Source: Aquifex aeolicus VF5 (GTDB lineage: Bacteria > Aquificota > Aquificia > Aquificales > Aquificaceae). From it: a DNA stretch of 32,000 nt. Below, piece by piece: positions 24,816-32,000 of the stretch. The stretch is taken from contig NC_000918.1 of assembly GCF_000008625.1 (NCBI RefSeq), forward strand, positions 270,001 to 302,000, read 5' to 3'. Position 1 is the first letter of the stretch. Each line of letters opens with the position of its first letter. The notes below the pieces were generated by a model that had not been told where the DNA came from, made no database searches, and was given only the letters and a program-made list of their open reading frames with translations. The position numbers and the translations under genes are program-made.

Positions 24816-26294
24816 TCATAACATACTCCATTTCATGGCTCTCTTTACAGCATCCTTCCACTTGGAGTAGTAAAGCTCCCTTTCCTCTTTTTTCATTTCT
24901 GGACTGAAAGTTAATTCAACTTCCCTTGTATCCTCAATGAATTCCTCTTTACTCTTCCACATTCCTGAGTATATACCTGCAATTCCAGCCGCTCCCAGAG
25001 CTGTAAGTTCTACATGCCTAGGTCTTTCAACAGGTATGCCAAGAATGTCAGCCTGAAACTGCATTAGGAAATTGTTCTGAGAAGCTCCTCCATCCGCTTT
25101 TAAGATTTTTATCTTCACTCCCGTTTCCTTTTCCATTTCTTCAATTACATCCCTTGTTTGATACGCTATTGCTTCTAATGCAGCTCTTGCTATGTGTTCT
25201 ATTCTTGTCCTTCCCGTAATCCCTATTATTATTCCCCTTGCTGACGCATCCCAGTAAGGAGCTCCAAGACCCGAAAAAGCTGGAACGAAGTAAACACCTT
25301 CATTTGAGCTGATGGATTTTGCCAGGTATTCCGTATCGGCAGCCTGCTTTATTAATTTAAGCCTGTCCATTAACCACTTTATACAGGCTCCTCCGGTCAG
25401 TACACTTCCTTCAATTGCGTAATTTACCTTACCATTTATAACCCAGGCTACTGTTCCAAGTAACCTTTCGGGTATTATCGGTTTACTTCCCGTTAAAAGC
25501 ATAAGGAATAAACCTGTTCCATAAGTGTTTTTAACCTCCTCTAATTCCCTTATTCCGTGAGCGAAAAGTGAGGCCTGCTGATCACCCAGAATTCCTGTAA
25601 TAGGTATTTCAACACCTGTAATACTTTTATCCGTGTATCCGAAAAGGGAAGAACTTTCATTCACCTCCGGGAGTATATTTTTAGGTATCCTGAATATTTT
25701 TAACAGTTCATCATCGTATTCAAGTCTTTTAATGTTGAATAGAAGGGTTCTTGAAGCGTTACTCGGTTCAGTTTTGTGAACCTTTCCTCCTGTTAAGTTC
25801 CAGAGAATCCACGTATCAACTGTTCCAAATATTACCTTTCCCCTCTCAATGTCTTTCTTTACCCCGTTTACGTTTTCTATTATCCAGTTTACTTTGCTTG
25901 CGGAAAAATAAGGATGTAAGAGAAGGCCTGTATTTTCCTTTATGTATTCAGAGTATTCGGAGAGTTTTCTACATATATCCTCAGTTCTTAAATCCTGCCA
26001 GAGTATTGCGTTGTAAACCGGTCTTCCGGTTTCCTTATCCCAAAGGATAACAGTTTCCCTCTGGTTTGTAATTCCAATTGAATTTATTTCCTTTAACCCA
26101 ACCTGTTGAATAACCTCGCTCAAAGACTTTCTAACGGCTTCCCAAAGCTCAAGAGGATCTTGTTCTACCCATCCAGGTTCTGGATATATCTGTGAAACTT
26201 CCCTGTCAGAAATTGCAACTATTTTTCCATTTTTTGAAAATGCGATAACTTTTACTCTAGTTGTCCCTACATCTATTGAAATAACAACACTCAT
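24816..26294 (-). CDS. glpK: Glycerol kinase (FGGY family)
   Basis: SIDVGTTRVKVIAF, GITNQRETVILWDKETGRPVYNAILWQDLRT, GILGDQQASLFAHG, TYGTGLFLML, FSGLGAPYWDASARG, KADGGASQNNFLMQFQADIL. Confidence 0.95.
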   Translation of the reverse strand: MSVVISIDVGTTRVKVIAFSKNGKIVAISDREVSQIYPEPGWVEQDPLELWEAVRKSLSEVIQQVGLKEINSIGITNQRETVILWDKETGRPVYNAILWQDLRTEDICRKLSEYSEYIKENTGLLLHPYFSASKVNWIIENVNGVKKDIERGKVIFGTVDTWILWNLTGGKVHKTEPSNASRTLLFNIKRLEYDDELLKIFRIPKNILPEVNESSSLFGYTDKSITGVEIPITGILGDQQASLFAHGIRELEEVKNTYGTGLFLMLLTGSKPIIPERLLGTVAWVINGKVNYAIEGSVLTGGACIKWLMDRLKLIKQAADTEYLAKSISSNEGVYFVPAFSGLGAPYWDASARGIIIGITGRTRIEHIARAALEAIAYQTRDVIEEMEKETGVKIKILKADGGASQNNFLMQFQADILGIPVERPRHVELTALGAAGIAGIYSGMWKSKEEFIEDTREVELTFSPEMKKEERELYYSKWKDAVKRAMKWSML

Positions 26295-26971
26295 CTTATC
26301 TTATTTACAACTTCCCACTCGGTAATGAGTTGTTTTCCCCTTACGAAGTGACTCCTTAATCTTAAATGTAGTAAGTTTTTGAGTTTTTTGAATCCTTCAC
26401 CTCCCACTAAGGTGGGAACGTTCTCACCGCCCACTATGACGGGCAGGTGAATAAGCCTTATCTCGTCCACGACCCTTCTTCTCACGAACTCCCAGTTTAT
26501 GGAAGCTCCCCCTTCTACCATTAGTGACTTTATTCCCCTTCTGTAGAGTTCGGGAAGGAGTTTATCAAAGTCCACGAGTTCGTCCCCTACGACTATTACC
26601 TCAGCTCCTAGCTCTTTTATCTTTTCGAGTCTCTCCTTTGGAGCCCTTTCTGTCGTCGCTATTATCGTTGGAGCTTCCTTTGTGTTTAAAACGTTCGCAT
26701 CTAAAGGTACGTTTGCGGTAGAGCAGGGAATTATCCTCACGGGGTTTTTACCTTTTGCGTATCTGACCGTGAGGCTGGGATTGTCCGTCCTTACCGTTTC
26801 ACACCCTACCATTATCCCGTCAACCTTCGCCCTTATTTCATGGAGGTACTTGTAAGCCTCTTCATCCATCAGGCTCATGAGCTCCTTGGATGAGGCACCC
26901 CTGTAGAGGGTGAGTTTTCCATCCACGCTTACTTCGGAAACTATGATGACGTATGGTCTTTCCATAAGCAA
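26291..26971 (-). CDS. Stand-alone RibD C-terminal reductase (2,5-diamino-6-ribosylamino-pyrimidinone 5'-phosphate reductase-like)
   Basis: ERPYVIIVSEVSVDGKLT, VDGIMVGCETVRTDNPSLTVR, SLMVEGGASINWEFV, LPVIVGGENVPTLVGG. Confidence 0.88.
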   Translation of the reverse strand: MLMERPYVIIVSEVSVDGKLTLYRGASSKELMSLMDEEAYKYLHEIRAKVDGIMVGCETVRTDNPSLTVRYAKGKNPVRIIPCSTANVPLDANVLNTKEAPTIIATTERAPKERLEKIKELGAEVIVVGDELVDFDKLLPELYRRGIKSLMVEGGASINWEFVRRRVVDEIRLIHLPVIVGGENVPTLVGGEGFKKLKNLLHLRLRSHFVRGKQLITEWEVVNKIR

Positions 26972-26986
26972 AATTGTACAAAAATT

Positions 26987-27061
26987 TGGAGCGGGCGACG
27001 GGACTCGAACCGGCGACCTCCTGCTTGGGAAGCAGGTGCTCTACCTCTGAGCTACGCCCGC
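26987..27061 (-). tRNA. tRNA-Gly (CCC anticodon), CCA encoded
   Basis: GCGGGCGTAGCTCAGAGGTAGAGCACCTGCTTCCCAAGCAGGAGGTCGCCGGTTCGAGTCCCGTCGCCCGCTCCA folds as a cloverleaf; anticodon loop TTCCCAA. Confidence 0.96.
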
Positions 27062-27078
27062 TTTTTATTATTAAATTT

Positions 27079-27084
27079 TATAAT
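27079..27084 (+). promoter_or_regulatory. -10-like TATAAT upstream of nuoG
   Basis: TTTTATAATGGTGTTTTAAGGAGGTTGATATG, with a full SD AAGGAGGT. Confidence 0.55.
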
Positions 27085-27104
27085 GGTGTTTTAAGGAGGT
27101 TGAT

Positions 27105-29003
27105 ATGTCCGAAAAGGTGAAGATTTACATCGACGACGTTGAAATAGAGGCGGAAAAAGGAAAAACTGTCTTACAGGTAGCCCTCGAAAACGGGATAGAC
27201 ATACCCTACTTCTGTTACCACCCGAGACTCTCCATAGCCGGCGCGTGCAGGATGTGCGTGGTTTACTGGGAAGACATAAACAGACTCGTTATTTCCTGTA
27301 ACCTCCCCGTTCAGGAGGGAATGAGAGTAAGGACGCACAGAACGAGCGAAATGGTGAGAGAACAACAAAAGTACCTCCTTCAGGCTTTAATGACTAGACA
27401 CCCCCTTGACTGTCCGATATGCGATAAAGCGGGAGAGTGTGACCTCCAGAACCTCGGAGCCATTTACGGACCTCAGAAACAGATAGTCCCCATATCCGCA
27501 CTTGAAAAGGAGAGGGAAGAACACGACTGGGAGAGCGATTTTCTGGAGTACTACTCAAACAGGTGTGTTGTTTGTTACAGATGCACGAGGGCGTGCGACG
27601 AGGTCGTAGGTACGAGAGCCCTTTACGTTGAAGACAGAGGATTTCACTCAAACATAGTTCCCGCCGTAAGACCTATGGACACATCTACGTGTGAAATGTG
27701 CGGTATATGCGTGCACGTTTGCCCCGTAGGCGCTATTATTTCAAAACCCTTCAAGTATTGGTCCCGTAGCTGGCTTCTGGAAAAGGGAAGAACCGTATGC
27801 AACCTCTGTCCCGTGGGATGTGAGATACAGATAGAGTACGGAGTGGGAGACTGGCGTTCAAAGAGAAAGGTTTACAGAACGAAACCCACGGACGAGCTAA
27901 ATATCTGCGCCAAGGGCTTTTTTGGCTATGATTCCATAAATCACAAAAGACTTTTAAAAACTAAAGTGGGAAAAAGGGAAGAAACTCCCGGTAACGTCGT
28001 AAACCTCCTCACAACTATCCTCACCGAACACGGAGGGAAAACTGGAATAGTCTTTTCCGCATACCTACCCAAAGAAGTAATAGACGAAGTTTTAAGGATA
28101 GCAAAGGCCTCTCAGGCTTACGTCACGGCTCCCCAGAGTGTGGATTTATTCAAGTTTTTAGATGAGCTGGAAGAGTATGACTTTCCGACTGTAAAAGAAT
28201 TTGAAAAGGCGGACGCTTTCGTGTTCATAGGCGACGACATAACTTCCGTGGCTACCGTTCTTTCTTACTACACAAAGAAGAAGGTTTACAAGATAGGAAA
28301 GAGCGTAAGGGACGAAAAACTCCAGCCCGAAGAGATTACCTACGAAGATCTCCAGAACCTCGAAGGAAACGTGTTCGTCCTAGTGACACCCCACGCCTTA
28401 AACGGTGAAATCAAGGAAGTTGCAACGAAACTAAAAGAGCTTAAAAGGGAAAAAGGCTTTAAGGTAATCCCCGTGCCAAAAGACGCAAACGCACTCTACC
28501 TCTACGAAGTATTGAAAGGTATATACTCCGACCTTCCCGCGGTAATGGAAGCCTGCGAAAGGGGAGATATAGAAAACCTCATAATTTTCGGAGAGGACAT
28601 ACTGGAGTTTTACGAAGATAAGGTATTCGAAGAATTAAAGGAAAAGCTCGAACACCTCGTGGTTGTGAGCCCCTACGAAGACGGACTGAGCGAATACGCC
28701 CATATAAAGATACCCATGTCCTTAATGGGAGAAAATGAAGGAACTTATAAAACCTTCTTCGGTGAAGTTAAAGGAAAGAAGTTCCTTCCTTGGGCTTTCG
28801 ACGACCTCGCCTTCTGGAAGTACCTCGGTGAAAACTTCAAGGAAGAAAAAGGGCTAAAGGTTGTAAAAAGCTCATCGAACCTCAGGAGAAGGTTCGAACC
28901 GCATCTCTACAGGAACAACTGGATTACACAAAGGAGCCAGAACCTTTCAAGACTCTATGAAAAGAACAAAGATATAACGGTTTACTACGAAAGGAGTGTT
29001 TAG
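27105..29003 (+). CDS. nuoG: NADH-quinone oxidoreductase subunit G
   Basis: IPYFCYHPRLSIAGACRMCVV, HPLDCPICDKAGECDLQ, CVVCYRCTRACDEVVG, CEMCGICVHVCPVGAI, CNLCPVGCEI. Confidence 0.93.
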   Translation: MSEKVKIYIDDVEIEAEKGKTVLQVALENGIDIPYFCYHPRLSIAGACRMCVVYWEDINRLVISCNLPVQEGMRVRTHRTSEMVREQQKYLLQALMTRHPLDCPICDKAGECDLQNLGAIYGPQKQIVPISALEKEREEHDWESDFLEYYSNRCVVCYRCTRACDEVVGTRALYVEDRGFHSNIVPAVRPMDTSTCEMCGICVHVCPVGAIISKPFKYWSRSWLLEKGRTVCNLCPVGCEIQIEYGVGDWRSKRKVYRTKPTDELNICAKGFFGYDSINHKRLLKTKVGKREETPGNVVNLLTTILTEHGGKTGIVFSAYLPKEVIDEVLRIAKASQAYVTAPQSVDLFKFLDELEEYDFPTVKEFEKADAFVFIGDDITSVATVLSYYTKKKVYKIGKSVRDEKLQPEEITYEDLQNLEGNVFVLVTPHALNGEIKEVATKLKELKREKGFKVIPVPKDANALYLYEVLKGIYSDLPAVMEACERGDIENLIIFGEDILEFYEDKVFEELKEKLEHLVVVSPYEDGLSEYAHIKIPMSLMGENEGTYKTFFGEVKGKKFLPWAFDDLAFWKYLGENFKEEKGLKVVKSSSNLRRRFEPHLYRNNWITQRSQNLSRLYEKNKDITVYYERSV

Positions 29004-29118
29004 TCTTTCCTCTTTCCGTACTTCTTCTTTACCGCTTTGAATTGAATTTTCCAGTAAAGGAAGAGAACTATCCAAGGGAAGACAAGGATGAAAACCAGAC
29101 TTAAGAATTCTCCAACAC

Positions 29119-30829
29119 TCACTTTTTCCACTCCCTTATAGCTTTTCCTATATCGGCACGTGTTATGATACCGATAAGCTCGGAACTGCCCTTGTGCTTC
29201 ACGACGGGAAGTCTACCTATTCCCTTTGAGGAGAATATCCTCAGAACTTCAGCAAGACTTTCCTCTTCCGTAACGGTGATGAGATTAGTACTCATAACAT
29301 CGTAGACCCTCTTCTTTTCCCTGAGTTCGGAAGGAACTTTTTGTATGTCGCTTTTCGTTACTATTCCCACGAGTTTTCCTTTCGCAACTACGGGAAGTCC
29401 TCCTATTAGGTGTTTGGAAAGTATTTCTTCTACTTCCTTCAACGTCTGATTTGGAGAGACAGTTATGGGATTTGGAGTCATGTAATCCCTAACACAGAGT
29501 TTTTCAAGTATGTAAAAACCGAACTCGTCCATGTGAGCTGGGGAGTCGAGCCTTGTGTTTACCTGACTCGGGAATATGCTCTTCTCACCGCTAAGGAAGT
29601 AGGAAACGAATACCGCTATCATCGCGGGAACGAGGAGTTCATACCCACCCGTCATTTCGGCGATTAGTATCAAGGTGGAAAGGGGAGCCTTTGCTGCTCC
29701 TGCAAATAGAGCTACCATACCCACGATTGTGAAGGAAGGAACGTGGAGGTTTAGGGAGTACTGGGCATTTAAAAACAAACTGTAAGAAGCTCCGAGCAGT
29801 CCACCAATCATAACGGATGGACCGAAAACCCCTCCCGAACCGCCCGAACCTATCGTGAAGGAAACTCCCAGCATCACAGCTACCGCACTGAGGAATATCT
29901 GAGCGTAATCGTTCCACTTACCGTCCAGAATTAGTTGAAGCCAGCCGTAGCCGTTGCCTATCGCGGCGGGAAAGAGCATCCCTATACTTCCCGCGATAAA
30001 ACCACCTATTGCGGGCTTTATGAAGTCCTTTATCTTGAGTTTCCTAAAAAAACTACTTATTAAGAAAAAAATGTTCACGTAAACCCTCGTAAAGAGTGCG
30101 CAAATAACTTCTAGACCCGCGTACGTAAAAGAATTATTAAATCAACTTCTTTAAATGGCTGGACGTTTGAAGAAAATATCGGCTGAAATCCGTAAACGGA
30201 ACCAAAAACGCTGTAAGCTACAACTGAGGCTATAAAGCTCGGGATCATGGTCTCAATAATAGAAGTCCCTTTTGAAAAAGACCTCCGCACTGATAATTGC
30301 CCCGGCGAGAGGAGCTTTAAAGATAGCTGCTACTCTGCCCCGAGCCTATTGCGAGTGCCTTCCTCTTTTCGGACTCCTTTAGCTTAAACCAATCAGCCAC
30401 GGAAGAACCAAGCCCCGCACCAATTAAGGCTATTGGGCCTTCCCTTCCCGAAGTCCCGCCTGTTCCTATAGTTACAGCGGAGGTTATAAGCTTTACTATA
30501 GAAGACTTCAAAGAAAGCTTTTTTCCGTGGTGGTAGGCATATATGGCGGCATCAGTACCCACGCCTGCGGACTCAGGTGCAAAAAAGTAAGCGAGCAGTC
30601 CCGAAATAAGACCGCCTAGAGCTACAGTAATAGGAAGGAGATACGGTTTCAAAGGCTCCCATGTGAAGGTTTCCCTATGCCCTTCGCCTCCAGGGAGAGG
30701 CTGGTAATAACCTACAACTTGTTCAAGAACTAAGTGAGTAATAACTTCCAATGCTTCTACAAAGAGTATTGCAAATAAGCCCGCAAACAAACCTATGATA
30801 ACGGGGAGCCAGAAATACTTTCTGAGCAT
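29119..30829 (-). pseudogene. CLC-family chloride channel/antiporter with C-terminal CBS pair, interrupted by at least three reading-frame changes
   Basis: N-terminal ORF 30317..30829 (GTGGTSGREGPIALIGAG) and C-terminal ORF 29119..30078 (GSGGSGGVFGPSVMIGG + CBS domains), joined by uninterrupted CLC homology in shifting frames over 30078-30350. Confidence 0.88.
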
Positions 30830-30837
30830 TTAACTTT

Positions 30838-30861
30838 ATTATAACTTTCGGGCGTTATACT
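30838..30861. promoter_or_regulatory. Opposed -10-like elements between the CLC and Gfo/Idh genes
   Basis: Minus TATAAT (30843-30838) 8 nt from ATG 30829; plus TATACT (30856-30861) 8 nt from ATG 30870. Confidence 0.5.
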
Positions 30862-30869
30862 AAATTAAC

Positions 30870-31664
30870 ATGCACGTCCTTTTAATCGGACTCGGAAATA
30901 TGGGAAAAAAATACTTAAGAAAAATAAAAGAACTGGGACTGAACCCCGTCATATGCGACATAGACCCTGAAAAGGCAAACGTCTGTAACGAATGTCCCTT
31001 TTACTGCCACATAGGGGATATAAAGGAAGAGGTTCAGAAAGTAATAATAGCCGTTGATCCGAAAGATCACGTAAGACTCGCGAAAGAGTTTCTGGAAAAG
31101 GGCATTCCCGTTCTCCTTGAAAAACCCCCGGCACTGACGAGTAAAGAGTTTGAAGAAATAGTAGAGAACCCAAACCTTGAGATATCCGAAATAGAACTTT
31201 ACTCCGAAGCCGTAAAAAATTTTCCAACGGATGTAGAACCTGAGGAAATAGTCATAGAAAGACTGAACAAAGGAAGTGGTTACATAAACCCTCTCTGGGA
31301 TCTCGCCTGGCACGATCTTTACGTACTTCAGTACCTCTTCGGTGATGTAGAAGCCGAAGAAGTAAATAGGAAAAACGGTATTTGGGAAATAAAGGGAAAG
31401 GTAAAAAACGTTCCCTTTACCCTGAGAGTTGCGTGGAATTACCCTGAAGAACAGAAGAGAGTCTGGAGGATAAAAACTAAAAAGGGAGAAATTTTAATGG
31501 ATTTCATAAAAGAAGAACTCGCTTACGGAAATTACAAGAGACAAAGGCTTTACGGAGACAAACTCGGTGAAATGGTTCGGGATTTCCTGAGCGGTGTAAG
31601 GAGAGAAGGAAGCACGAGAAGAGCTTTAAATAATTTAAGGATTTTGGAGAGTCTGAAAATTTAG
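30870..31664 (+). CDS. Gfo/Idh/MocA-type NAD(P)-dependent oxidoreductase
   Basis: VLLIGLGNMGKKYLRKIKELGLNPVICDIDPEK, LEKGIPVLLEKPPALTSKEFEEI, DLAWHDLYVLQYLFG. Confidence 0.82.
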   Translation: MHVLLIGLGNMGKKYLRKIKELGLNPVICDIDPEKANVCNECPFYCHIGDIKEEVQKVIIAVDPKDHVRLAKEFLEKGIPVLLEKPPALTSKEFEEIVENPNLEISEIELYSEAVKNFPTDVEPEEIVIERLNKGSGYINPLWDLAWHDLYVLQYLFGDVEAEEVNRKNGIWEIKGKVKNVPFTLRVAWNYPEEQKRVWRIKTKKGEILMDFIKEELAYGNYKRQRLYGDKLGEMVRDFLSGVRREGSTRRALNNLRILESLKI

Positions 31665-32000
31665 TTTCTCTCCGCGGTCAAAACGATATTCTTCGGAGAG
31701 ATTACTTTTTTATCCCTCTTCATTTTGACCTTCAGATTTTCATCAAACTTATCCTTCAGGTAATAACACCAGGCTTCGTAAACACCGAGCTCGTCTATTA
31801 AGAACTGGTACTTTTCCCTAGGGAAGTTTCCTTCACAGCATGGCATTAAAACCGCAAACTTTACATTCTCGTTATTGTTCACAAGTTCTATAAACCTCTC
31901 CGACAAGTCCCTGCACAGGTGTATTCCCGTAAGGATTACTTTATCTCCCGCCTCTTTTATCAGTTTTTCAACCTCTTCGCTCATTATATCTGCCTTTACG
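31661..32000 (-). CDS. Partial hypothetical protein (possibly C-terminus of a methyltransferase-like protein), runs to window edge
   Basis: GIHLCRDLSERFIELVNNNENVKFAVLMPCCEGNFP. ORF track starts at 31984 but the frame may extend past the window. Stop codon overlaps the convergent gene as TTAG. Confidence 0.55.
   Translation of the reverse strand, partial: VKADIMSEEVEKLIKEAGDKVILTGIHLCRDLSERFIELVNNNENVKFAVLMPCCEGNFPREKYQFLIDELGVYEAWCYYLKDKFDENLKVKMKRDKKVISPKNIVLTAERN

Noticed and set aside
29004-29118. Small gene between nuoG and the CLC gene
   Set aside because: Only 115 bp, no convincing ORF, SD or RNA structure seen.
29410-29917. ORFs 29410..29667 (+) and 29639..29917 (-) in the CLC region
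   Set aside because: Out-of-frame or antisense to the conserved CLC/CBS coding sequence.

Overview
This 32 kb window is a dense, mostly operonic stretch of a hyperthermophilic bacterial chromosome. Protein sequences and gene order look like Aquifex aeolicus or a close relative; that is recognition, not a database result. Contents from left to right: the end of an sHdr-type (sulfur-oxidising heterodisulfide reductase-like) cluster with hdrC2, hdrB2, a DsrE-like protein, an LbpA/GcvH-like lipoyl carrier and a radical-SAM protein; dxr; a leftward carA-pyrB-ORF-flavoprotein-YbhN-like operon; a five-repeat CRISPR array with no nearby cas genes; a DHH-CBS-CBS-tRNA nucleotidyltransferase fusion; an lptB-like ABC ATPase; a two-gene KefB/TrkA-type antiporter; rlmN; a lolD-like ATPase; a small pseudopilin cluster; an aminotransferase; a Trbp111-like protein; scpA; thrC; dtd; a DsrH/TusB-like protein; a GGDEF protein; a NYN-domain RNase candidate; grpE; glpK; a stand-alone RibD-reductase; tRNA-Gly(CCC); nuoG; a CLC channel gene broken by three reading-frame changes; and a Gfo/Idh-type oxidoreductase. 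I did not find a clearly new defence or mobile system. The observations most worth following up are: (1) the sHdr/LbpA/LipS-like neighbourhood; (2) divergent gene pairs with back-to-back -10 boxes 6-8 nt from both start codons; (3) the CRISPR array wedged 37 bp upstream of carA; (4) the multiply frameshifted CLC gene; (5) 3'-3' overlap at five of six convergent gene pairs; (6) a translationally coupled 66-aa ORF and NYN-domain gene; (7) an isolated DsrH-like gene.
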